Notes under the pieces: generated by a model
Databases searched by the model: none
Seen by the model: only the letters and a program-made list of their open reading frames with translations
What the model was told of the DNA's origin: nothing
Translations under genes and position numbers: made by a program
In this document: one piece after another, positions 49,401 through 60,447 of the stretch
Position numbering within the stretch: the first letter of the stretch is position 1
How the letters are laid out: every line of letters begins with the position of its first letter
Origin: Amoebophrya sp. A120
Lineage: Eukaryota > Protista > Dinoflagellata
Length of the DNA stretch: 64,000 bases
Assembly (NCBI GenBank): GCA_905178155.1
Contig: CAJINV010000009.1
Span: 1,547,907 to 1,611,906, forward strand
Direction: 5' to 3'

Positions 49401-52400
49401 ACCTCAGAACCAGCGCACCCAGTTCGGTGATGTTTTATCCATTGAAATAGTTAGGAACACACTACGCAATGAAGCACGCACCCGCCGCACCAAACACACG
49501 CACGCACCTGCCGCACCCACTAGGCTGACGCTGAAAGCGGACTTGGCCAAGAGGCGAAAGAGATTGGAAAAAGAGAAGCGGACTTGGCCAAGAGGCAAAA
49601 GACATCGGAAAAAGAGAACCGGACTTGGCCAAGAGGAAAGGCATTTGAAAAAGAAAACCGGACTTGGCCAAGAGGAAAGGCATTTGAAAAAGAGGCCCGG
49701 ACTTGGCCAAGAGGAAAGGCATTTGAAAAAGAAAAGAAAAAGAAAACCGGACGTGGCCAAGAGGAAAGGCATTTGAAAAAGAAAAGAAAAAGAAGACCGG
49801 ACCTGGCCAAGAAGAAAAGGCATTTGAAAAAGAAAACCGGACGTGGCCAAGAGGAAAGGCATTTGAAAAAGAAAAGAAAAAGAAGACCGGACCTGGCCAA
49901 GGACGTTCTTGATGCATCGAATTAATTCCACAGCGAGGAGCACGACAGTCCCGTGCGTTCTATTTTTTTCCTAGTCTTGCGCGCTTTATTTATTATCTTG
50001 ATCAATGAATAAGAACTTGGATCTGCACTGCTGTTTTTTTTTTCAATTGCGCCCCAACTTGGGGTGCAACGTACGACGACGCAGTAGAAGTAAGTGCTTT
50101 GCTTTTTCACTTTGTGAAGCGACTGGCGCGTCCATGCATTCGTTCCGCTTTTAAAAATATGAAAATGGAGTCTATTACTATTGCGCGTTTTTTTAAAGTT
50201 TTACGCTTGTGATTTTATGTTGAGTAGTCGATCAGGTCTATTTGTAAGTGTCGCGCATGAAGACGCCAGATTTGCATGCGGTTGGATCCTATGTATCTAC
50301 TGGCTATCCATGCTGAGGACGAGCGAACGACTAGGCGCTTGGTCCTCCGCACAGCCAGGAGCCCGAGCTGGTGTGCAGGCGACAGAGCCAAGGGCGCCAG
50401 GAAATCTACTGCGTGCGGACGAAGATTGATCCGTACTGTCAGGAGTAAGCCGCGCGCCCGCAGAGAGCGCGCCTGTGGTGGCACCCAGTAGGTACTAGGA
50501 AACAAAAAAGCGGCCCATGGATCATCCACAAACTGGGGCAGCTGCCGCTCCTCGGCGTGGTACTGGTCCAGTACGAGGAGTTCTTAGAGGCATCTTTTAT
50601 CAACACACAGGTAATTGCGGAATTCAGCGACTGGCGAGTAGTGCGAATACCCGGCTCCACGAGGCCGGCTTTCATCTACCGTGATACGGGGGAGATCACA
50701 GAACAAGTGCCACCAGAACTTGCGAACCTCGATGTTGATTTGGAGGTTTCTTTGATCATTTTGTTCGAGCGGCACATGCTTTGTTCGGGAAAATGCAAGC
50801 CGTTGCGTAGAAACTTGACCCAAACTCGGCAATACCGTCGTGCTTCCGCAGACGCGCAACGCAGAAAAGTTCTTTAGTCGAGAACTTTCTCCGCGCTTGT
50901 GTCGAGCATGCCGGGCGGGAAAGCTTTTACGTGGGGAAACGCGAAGCGTACAAACTTGACCCAAACTCGGCAATGGGGTCGTGCTTCCGCAGACGGGCAA
51001 CGCAGAAAAGTTCTTTAAGCAAGAACTTTTCTCGCGCTTGTGTCGAGCATGCCGGGCGGGAAAGCTTTTACGTGTGGAAACGCGAAGCGTACAAACTTGA
51101 CCCAAACTCGGCAATGGGGTCGTGCTTCCGCAGACGGGCAACGAAGAAAAGTTCTTTAAGCGAGAACTTTTCTCGCGCTTGTGTCGAGCATGCCGGGCGG
51201 GAAAGCTTTTACGTGGGGAAACGCGAAGCGTACAAACTTGACCCAAACTCGGCAATGGGGTCGTGCTTCCGCAGACGGGCAACGAAGAAAAGTTCTTTAA
51301 GCGAGAACTTTTCTCGCGCTTGTGTCGAGCATGCCGGGCGGGAAAGCTTTTACGTGGGGAAACGCGAAGCGTACAAACTTGACCCAAACTCGGCAATGGG
51401 GTCGTGCTTCCGCAGACGGGCAACGAAGAAAAGTTCTTTAAGCGAGAACTTTTCTCGCGCTTGTGTCGAGCATGCCGGGCGGGAAAGCTTTTACGTGGGG
51501 AAACGCGAAGCGTACAAACTTGACCCAAACTCGGCAATGGGGTCGTGCTTCCGCAGACGGGCAACGAAGAAAAGTTCTTTAAGCGAGAACTTTTCTCGCG
51601 CTTGTGTCGAGCATGCCGGGCGGGAAAGCTTTTACGTGGGGAAACGCGAAGCGTACAAACTTGACCCAAACTCGGCAATGGGGTCGTGCTTCCGCAGACG
51701 GGCAACGAAGAAAAGTTCTTTAAGCGAGAACTTTTCTCGCGCTTGTGTCGAGCATGCCGGGCGGGAAAGCTTTTACGTGGGGAAACGCGAAGCGTACAAA
51801 CTTGACCCAAACTCGGCAATGGGGTCGTGCTTCCGCAGACGGGCAACGAAGAAAAGTTCTTTAAGCGAGAACTTTTCTCGCGCTTGTGTCGAGCATGCCG
51901 GGCGGGAAAGCTTTTACGTGGGGAAACGCGAAGCGTACAAACTTGACCCAAACTCGGCAATGGGGTCGTGCTTCCGCAGACGGGCAACGAAGAAAAGTTC
52001 TTTAAGCGAGAACTTTTCTCGCGCTTGTGTCGAGCATGCCGGGCGGGAAAGCTTTTACGTGGGGAAACGCGAAGCGTACAAACTTGACCCAAACTCGGCA
52101 ATGGGGTCGTGCTTCCGCAGACGGGCAACGAAGAAAAGTTCTTTAAGCGAGAACTTTTCTCGCGCTTGTGTCGAGCATGCCGGGCGGGAAAGCTTTTACG
52201 TGGGGAAACGCGAAGCGTACAAACTTGACCCAAACTCGGCAATGGGGTCGTGCTTCCGCAGACGGGCAACGAAGAAAAGTTCTTTAAGCGAGAACTTTTC
52301 TCGCGCTTGTGTCGAGCATGCCGGGCGGGAAAGCTTTTACGTGGGGAAACGCGAAGCGTACAAACTTGACCCAAACTCGGCAATAGCGTCGTGCTTCCGC

Positions 52401-53427
52401 AGACGGGCAACGAAGAAAAGTTCTCTAAGCGAGAACTGTTTTCGCGTCTGTGTCTAGCATGCCGTGCGGGAAAGCTTTTACGTGGGGAAATGCGAAGCGT
52501 ACAAACTTGACCCAAACTCGGCAATAGCATCGTGCTTTCGCAGACGGGCAACGAAGAAAAGTTCTTTAAGCGAGAACTTTTCTCGCGCTTGTGTCGAGCA
52601 TGCCGGGCGGGAAAGCTTTTACTTGAAGAAATTCAAAGCGTGCAAACTTGGCCCCCAATTGGCAATACCTTCGTGGTTCCGCGGACGCGGAACGCAGAAG
52701 CAAGAGTTCTGTAGCCGAGAATCTTTTTCGCGCTTTTGCCAAGTACGCCACACGGAAACGCTTTTACAACTTGGGAGAATGCGAATCGCACAGACCATCT
52801 CTGACACTTACACGCAGGTTTTACAGCGGCTCGTGCCATCCTACGCGCACCAGGGCAGCGGATCTGCGTCCGCGGCCGAGAGCTGTAATCGCCAGCTGAT
52901 GCTGCAGAACCTGTACCCGACCGGTGTGCAGCTGCGAGTTCTTGAGAGTCTGTGTTCGGCCTTGAACCTGCCGAACGAGACTGAAGACGCGATACGCAGC
53001 CAGGCGAGCCGAGCGATGGTATACAACCGAATCGCGTACCTGAAAAATGTGTTCTTCGACCGTTTTCAGTGCTATCCCCAGTTCCCCCTCGCAACTGCTC
53101 AACTTCCAGCCGCGGCAGCTCCTTTCGCCAACTACGCTGCGGCAGCCGCGGCCGCAGCCTTGACGCAATCAGGTGGGGTTCCCGGTGTTGGAGCTTGCTT
53201 TGGCGGACCGGCTTCGGCGGCCGCGGCGCAGCTACAGCCACACCAGTTTGCGGCCACAGCAAACGCACTCTCCTTAGTGAACAGCACGCTCGCGGCATCC
53301 GCTGGGCTTCATGAGCTTGGTGCGGGAGTGGCTGCTGGTATCAAATGGAACGTTTATCATGTGGTTTTTCTTTTCGCTTTCATATTTTTTTATTTTCGAC
53401 CCCGCAGTTGGGTACATCATCACCTAG
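46449..53427 (+). CDS. Large low-complexity protein with a WW-like motif; best model join(46449..49181,49293..49340,50611..50745,52818..53337,53408..53427); ends uncertain
   Basis: Long charged ORF. Downstream exons read VVLVQYEEFLEASFIS|VIAEFSDWRVVRIPGSTRPAFIYRDTGEITEQVPPEL..DLE|VLQRLVPSY. Introns 49341-50610 and 50746-52817 are GT-AG, phase 0. Confidence 0.6.
49538..49901 (+). repeat. Intronic minisatellite, 9 units of 39-41 or 50 bp (CGGAC(T/G/C)TGGCCAAG + A-tracts)
   Basis: TGGCCA at 49544, 49585, 49626, 49665, 49704, 49754, 49804, 49844, 49894; preceded by CACGCACC repeats 49352-49520. Confidence 0.9.
50790..52770 (+). repeat. Intronic tandem array, 14 x 141 bp
   Basis: AAACTTG(A/G)CCC recurs every 141 bp from 50811 to 52644; central copies identical, terminal copies diverged. 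Confidence 0.95.
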
Positions 53428-54329
53428 GTTCAGACTAGCTCGCTGCAAACGAGAACAAGGCGTCAGAAGACCCTCGCACGTCTCGTTTTATGAAGCATGA
53501 AAAAGAAAATGATCATGATGAAATCTAAGCAAATTACAGGTAAGCACCTCCACCAGCAAGGACTGCATGCGCAAGTGCGCTACTGAGAGCGGTACTGAGA
53601 CGCAAGTTTCGCGGGGCAGAACTACCGGCCGCCGTGGATAGCTGTGCGTTTCTTGACTGTTTGGCTTTACTTACCGCGATTCTTCATGGCGCTAAACCTC
53701 ATGAGAATTTAGTCATTTAGAACAGAACAAGAACATGTCCGTTCAATACGTTTTTTCCACTTGCCCTCGTTCATTTTTTCAGAAGGATATGGGTAGGAAT
53801 ACTTCCGAAGTCCGTGACATGTGTTTCTGGGAAAGTGCAAAATATGGGTATGCGTATTGCTTTTGTTTCTTCATCTCACCAAGCTGAGGAAAACTTGTCG
53901 GACAGAAAAAGCACGACATACTAGAGTCTGTTGAGAATACAGCTTGGATTTTTTACAGCGGTTTGTGTAGAAGATATTGTGATTTGTTATACTCTTTCTT
54001 CCATTTGAATTTCTTTTTCTTCCCGACAAAAGCACCCCGATTCAACATCAGTTGATGATTGATTTTTTTCCGGCACTGAAAACACAAAAAATACGAATTC
54101 ACAGATGTGTAAAAAAACGATGGAGCAGATGAAGTAGAAGATTTGGCTGATGAACCAAATCACCAATGTTGTTGTTTCTTGCGCTTCGTTCTTCGCACTT
54201 GCGACAGCATGGAGACATCGCAAAAAAGAAACTAACATCACACTGTCACAAACTACAGCAGGGCCACGTCGTTTCTAAGTGAGCGAAGCTGGTCGTGGTC
54301 CGCCAAACCAGGCTACCTTCCGAGTCGCG

Positions 54330-56585
54330 ATGCGCTGTCACAGGTTGCAGGCCGGCCTGAGGAAAAGATGTCATGGCGTCAAGACGTTCTCCGTTGAGCT
54401 TTCGGCCTCTTGCTTGTTTTCTAAACGCCTGCTATCGCGAAGGTTTTTCGCAGCGCTGCTGCAAGTACTACTGTGCTTTCCCAGCAGTCGTTTCGTCACG
54501 GCGGTGCTGCGCTTCCCAGACGACGACTTCGACTCGCGCTGGCCATTGCACTATCAAATGTAAAAATGTCTAGGTCTGGTTCTGGAAGAATCCGAAATTT
54601 GTTATGCTGTTTTTGCATGACACAGAATGTCTGTCATGGAAGCCCTAGCATCACAGATTTTTAGAGGCCTTCCTGATGCCTATTCCGCATGACAAATGCC
54701 CTCCACGCGTAGCATAAACCGGACTCCTCTTGCTGGTCATGCAATACAGAATTTTTTAGAGTCCAAAGTTAGCATCACAAGTTCCAACCTTCCAGACCCA
54801 GACATTTTTGCAACCCATATGCACTACACAGACTGCACAGGTCGGGGGACCGCCGAGCCTGGAACTGCCGGAGACTCTTCTGCAGCTGACACAAGCCTTT
54901 TTCCGCACGCCGATTTATCAGCACACGAGGACGACCGATGTTTCCGGCAGTTGCAAGTCCACACGGGCGAGGACTTGGTATGCGGTCAGGTGATACCCGA
55001 GTTTTCGTTCGTGCCCCACACGCTGGATCAGGTAGCTCTGTCCACCTGCACTGAATTTGTCTCACTTTACAACGAAACTTTTGCCGCGGCTGAGGAGCAG
55101 AGGCAGACGGCAATAAAAGGAGGCGATAGCATTAGCAGCGACGGGAAAAGTGCTGATTCCAAAAGTCTTATCCGAGAAACGCACGACGCTTACCTGGCGA
55201 AATGGCAGCAGTTTGTGGAGTTGGTTCAGCGGCGAACCACGGAAGTTCTCTCGTACCTGCAGTCTGGTGCGGCTGAGGACCCGCAAAAGTATCAGGAGCA
55301 GCTGGACGTGCCCGCCTACGCAAACACAACTCTGGACGTCTTGCAGGCACATCTTTCCAAGCTCACAGATGAAGTCGAGGCGGTGTGGGAGAGCGGAGTG
55401 CCGAAGCTGCTGCGAACCCCCATGTCTGGACAGGGAGAAATCGTGGAGGACGCTGCTTCATCATCTGTAACAACCGCAAACGCTATGGAAAGCCTTTCTG
55501 ACCTACTGCACGCCACTGCGCACGTGATCTACACCAGGGTCTGCCTGCTCATCGAGAACTGGTCCATGACTGTGTTAACAAACTTTCACATTTGGCGCCT
55601 GGAGGGCGATTCGGCCGCAACGCACATACTGGCAAGCCTGCGAGGCAACACGAAGATACCCCAGCCGAATTACATTTTTCACGACATCGGCCCGAAAAGG
55701 TGGAACGTCTTGCGCTATCTGATCGAAAATAAACTACCAAGAAAGGGCCTACTCGCTAGCAGTACCGACGGGAAAGCAACAATAATAAATGGCGACAATC
55801 AACCATACAAAATCCGCATGCTGGAGGTCGGCGTGGACCAAGCCAATACGACCGAGCGCCTGCTTCAAACCTACTCGAACCTTTTCCATGTCGGCGTAGA
55901 TCCTTGGCAAAATAAACCAGTGGAGACGGGTGTTCGTGATGTTGCGGTCAATGGAGATCTGACGTTCGAACGGGTTCAGTCCAAGCTGCGGCGGTTCGGC
56001 GACCGGTCGGTACTACTACGCATGACCAGCTACGAGGCGTCGCTTCTGTACGAACCTGCTTCCTCTGCCGCTGCGGTCGGAGCAGCTGGCGAATTGCAGC
56101 AGGACAGAGCTGCAGCTTCGTCTGCGAACTCAATTAGCGAAAGCGATGGCGAGAAAAAATTCGACCTGATTTTTCTCGACGCGCTGCATGACCACGCAAG
56201 CGTAGTGCAAGATGTCCTGCAGTGGATTTGGAAGGTCGATTTTGCGAACGGTGCGATTCTCTGCGGACATGACTACCAATGGCAATACCCAGGACTTCCC
56301 ATGTATGGTATTGAAAATCTTGAGTCAAGGCAGAGCATGTTTCTCAGAAATATTTTATGTAGGTAGTCGTGCTTCAAGAGCAGGAGACAAAGAGGTGGAA
56401 CGTGTGTCTTCTACACGATGCCAAAAGGCAATGTGCAGGCAGTGCTGGTTGCAAGTGTAGCGCATGACTGACGTCTTGATTCAAGATTTTGCTATTATAC
56501 GCTGGCTGTAGTCACGGTAGCGCAACGTGTAGGGAAGCAGGTTCACCTGAGCAGTGATGGTATGTGGTGGATGGAGTTCCTGTAG
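54330..56585 (+). CDS. Methyltransf_24-type class I SAM methyltransferase, ~593 aa; join(54330..54551,54825..56303,56505..56585)
   Basis: MLEVGVDQA, GVDPW, FDLIFLDALH, ILCGHDY..YPG; last exon AVVTVAQRVGKQVHLSSDGMWWMEFL*; both introns are TIR-bounded. Confidence 0.8.
54552..54819. mobile_element. 268-bp MITE-like non-canonical intron (introner), TSD TGCAC
   Basis: TGTAAAAATGTCTAGGTCTGG (54559-79) vs CCAGACCCAGACATTTTTGCA (54792-812), 19/21 inverted; TGCAC at 54547-51 and 54820-24; removing 273 nt is in frame. Confidence 0.8.
56304..56499. mobile_element. 196-bp TIR-bounded intron (introner), degenerate TSD CCATG/CGCTG
   Basis: AAAATCTTGAGTCAAG vs CTTGATTCAAGATTTT (15/16), ends TAT...ATA; removing 201 nt gives YPGLP(M/L)AVV. 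Confidence 0.75.
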
Positions 56586-56878
56586 CGAACAAGACGAAGG
56601 AGCGGAAGCAAACATATTGACATACAGGCTCACGAAAGAACACCGCAATATTGCCACCAAGATAAGCCTGCCGTTTTTTTTTCAAGCTACAGTAGCGCAC
56701 ACGTGTTCATGCGATTTGAGAAGTCGAACTCGAAGTTCCTCTTTTTTACTTTCCTGGTGGTCGTTTATTCTGGATGCTGCATCTAGTGATCGTCATCGTG
56801 GTACAAGAATTTCATTCACGGCGAGTAGCAAGGATCTATGTTCTCTGGTGTTCACCTCGAAGAAGAAAATGAAATGCA

Positions 56879-58680
56879 ATGTTTAAAGTCCCTATCATAT
56901 GTAAAAAATTTCCCAGAGTACTATATCGCCATGACCACTATCACACGATACGAGACCTCCGCCGTGGTATTGCCTCGTTGACTAGTGCCGACGAGGATCA
57001 TGGGCCGAAACGACAACTCCTGCGTTGCACGACCCTTTTGGCCCAGCTAGACACTGCAAGCGAAAAGGCTGCATCCCCGAGCCGGTGCTTACACGTCGTC
57101 CGCAAATGGGCGCAAGAGGTTCTGGCGCACCTCCAACATCGAACAGCTGAAGAAACTTTTTCTGCACAAGATTGTGTCCTGTCGCTATTTTTCCTGTCAC
57201 AGAGGTTTGAAATACTTGTCCCTCAAGGTCTATGTGCCGGCACTTATCCTCCTGCATCTGGTACCAAGGTGAGGCCGCGTGGAAGCCTACTTCAGCAATC
57301 ATCTGTTTTGCTGCATTTTCGGACAACGAACAGTAAAAGCACGAGATTCAACATATCTAGGCCTGCCAGCACAAGCGTACCCGGTCCGAGCTGGCCGATA
57401 GGATATCGGAACTCCAATGCACTAGCAGCCGACATCAAGAGCAACTTCGTTTTGGAGCTACCGCCAACGGTCTGGAACGTCGTATCACAGACACCTTTGC
57501 GATCCCACTTGGAGGCTCAGGAGCTCAACCTCAGGCAACTGGCACTTCTATGCTATTCGTGGGCTCGGCTGAGATACGCGCCTGACTCTACGGTGTGGAA
57601 ACTTTGGACTGCTTCCACCGAAAATGCATTTCTCAAACCAGACTGCTTTGAAAGTGAGGATGAGAAAACACTATGTAGACAGCATGCGCGCTGCCCTACT
57701 ACTCAAAGGAAGATCACTGGACCCCATGGCGGCATATGTGGTACCAGAACTTCTCATGTGCTTGTCAAGATGATGCTCGGGCTCGGTGGCCTGCTGCAAA
57801 TGGAAGCTATCGCAGTACGAAGAGCAACGAAATTTTTCAGCCCCAGAAGCGCTCGCAGCCTCTGTGGACAGGCGCTTCAGGCGTTCGGCAGCACTGGCGT
57901 GGGACGTCCGACTTGTGCCACGACCCCGGTTGACGTTGCGTACGTTATCACTGCGAGTTTTCTGCGCGACAGCCTGTTTCCTCACATACAAGCACTATTG
58001 CCGAGCTTGTCGCGCACTGAACTAGCGATGATCGTTTATAATGTGAAAGCGTTTCTGCCCGAAAGTTTTTGGGAGGCGCTTTCCGAAAATATCGATTTGC
58101 CGTTGGACGACTTCCTTGATTCGAAGGAAGCGGACGGGAAGCACTCCAGTCTATTTCCGCCAACTTTCTTCGACGATCTGGTTTATGCGACACTGAACGA
58201 GGTGGAGCGACCAGAAGGCGACACAGATGAAAAAGCGCACAGCTCCGCCGGCGTCTTTGTTTCTGTGGCGAAATTGGCCGTACAGGGAACAACCAGAATA
58301 GGAAGCGCCGCTCTTTTGCAATTAGTCCGGAGTGTGAGCAGTAGAATTTCTGCCGGGGAGTTTCGAGATCTTACACTCGACGCTCGTACTGGTCGGAAGG
58401 CACTGAAAGGCAGATCTTGTCCTCAAGTTATATCTCATTGCGCGCAGGGCGCCGCAGACATATATTTGTATTGCTTGGACCAAAAGATAAAGGACTCTGA
58501 AAGTACAACTAGCCTGGAGGCCCACAACATAATTTTTTACGATCGAGCGCGGAAGTTGTAGACAGCCCGAACAAAAACAATCCTTCACTTCGCCGACTAC
58601 TTGAACTGGTGCTGTTCTATCACTTCGAGCACGCGGATACGTCAAAGAGTACTTGCATTGTACCTGTCTCGACTGCATGA
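56879..58680 (+). CDS. Helical-repeat (HPR/RAP-like) probably mitochondrial protein; intron ~58503-58561; may extend to 59126
   Basis: Basic presequence-like N-terminus; repeats FSAQDCVLSLFFL, LNLRQLALLCYSWARLRYAP, LSRTELAMIVYNV; continues NPSLRRLLELVLFYHFEH after the short intron. Confidence 0.6.
58504..58560. mobile_element. 57-bp mini TIR intron, TSD GAAAG/GACAG
   Basis: TACAACT...AGTTGTA is a perfect 7-bp inverted repeat at the ends; flanks match 4/5. Confidence 0.55.
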
Positions 58681-59122
58681 TCAACCAAACCACAAGTCTC
58701 GCTCTTACGAGTCAGTCACGATTGTTGATGTTTTTTCTGGAGATCTTGCAGCTACCACTGCTGCGGTTTTTGTGTCGCATTTTCGTATTTCTGTCCGAAT
58801 GTTGTCAATTTCAATTTGCTTCTCTAATTCTAATTGTGACCTTTTCAGGCCGATCATGTAAAATTAGAAATGACGAAGACGAGGATAAGAAAAACCTCCG
58901 AAAGACAGGAGACTAACTACGGTAAGGGTTTCAACGAAAATGCGTAATACCCCCCACTTAGACTAGATGTAGTTGTTTCAGGTGGTTTTGGAAATTTGTT
59001 GACGCTAGCATCAACAGCTTTTACGTCAGCTGGGCCCTGCTAGATTTCGAGCTTGCTTCTGTCGACTTCCAAGAAGAAAGCGCATTCTTTCACGACCAGA
59101 AAGTGCGTGAACCCCAACAAAG

Positions 59123-60447
59123 ATGATCATTCAGGATGGGGTGGTCCCCTGGGTCGAGAAGTACCGACCGGACAACTTGCACAACATTCACGGTCACGAG
59201 GAGATTCTGAGCACGTTGCAGCGGTTCATGCGCGCCAACCAGCTGCCGAACCTCTTGCTGCACGGCCCGGCGGGCACGGGCAAAACCACCACGGCAGTCG
59301 CGATTTGCAAGCAAATTTTCGGGAACAAGGAGTACAAAATGAGCACGCTAGAGTTAAACGCGTCGGACGACCGCGGCATCGGCGTGATAAGGAACGAAGT
59401 GAAAAACTTTGCGCAGAGCACCAGCTTTGGCTCCTTCACCTTCGAGAAAGTAGGGAAGGAGCAAGCGAAACAGCAGCAGGAAACTTTGAACGACGGGGAC
59501 GTCGTGATGGCGGACGCAGCAGGTGACAACTCAGGTGGTTTGGATATTTACGCAAAAATCCGATCGCAGTACAAGGTGGTGATTCTCGACGAGGCGGACT
59601 CGATGACCAACGTCGCACAATTCGCCTTGCGCAGAATGATCGAGCAATATTCCTCAAACGTGCGATTTATGATCATCTGCAACTTTGCCCACAAAATCAT
59701 TCCCGCGCTGGTGTCTCGATGTACGGCGTTCAGGTAAGGAAACAGAGCGTGTTTTCGACGTTTTTTTCTTGATGGTCTGGGGGAAAAAAAAGAATGAAAA
59801 GTTTGCAGCGCTGAGCAGCCAACATAAGTAGGACTCGAAACAAGCAGACCGAACTACATCTAGGATCACCGTTCCTCTCTAAAAAAAGGTTTTCCGTTCT
59901 CCCGGAGGAGCATACGGCGGCCTGCGTGCACAAGGTCGCACAGCACGAGAATCTTGATGTGGATGTTCGGGCGGTCTCTGCGCTTCAGAAGTGCAGCAAC
60001 GGCGACTTGCGGAAAGTGCTGAATATGTTGCAGTCGCTGGCGATTTTAGAGAAGGCGAAGAAGAAAAAGCTTCCCAGCACCTCTGCGAGCAACGAAAATG
60101 CACAAGCGCACAAAACACGCATCTCCGAAGCCGAAATCTATCGATCGCTCGGCCTCTGCACGCCCCAGGAGCTGGATCTGGTCGTCAAAGAGCTGCTGAC
60201 AAACTCCGACCCGGAAAAGTTGGTACAACTGATCTTGTCCCAAAGAGGGAACCTCCAATCCATGCTCCCGGGGCTGCACGCGCGCCTGATCAAGCTGCCC
60301 TTCAAAGCGCCTGCGACTCGCCTGAAAGTGGTGGAAGCACTCAGCAGCGTGGAATGGCGATTTACACAGGGGGCCTTCAAACCCGAGTATGAAGCGGCCT
60401 ACTTGGTCAACGAAATTATGGTGCTACGAGCCGGCTGGCAGTATTGA
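59123..60447 (+). CDS. RFC5: Replication factor C small subunit (human RFC5 / yeast Rfc3 type), ~389 aa; join(59123..59733,59889..60447)
   Basis: PWVEKYRP, Walker A GPAGTGKTT, LELNASDDRG, Walker B ILDEADSMT, AQFALRR, SRC motif; GT-AG intron 59734-59888. Confidence 0.92.

Noticed and set aside
50584-52551. 655-aa and 508-aa repeat ORFs
   Set aside because: By-products of a 141-bp satellite inside a well-formed GT-AG intron.
58559-58861. Stop-codon readthrough or reassigned genetic code (in-frame ORF after TAG 58559-61)
   Set aside because: Better explained by a short TIR intron; multi-kb ORFs and conserved genes contain no internal stops.
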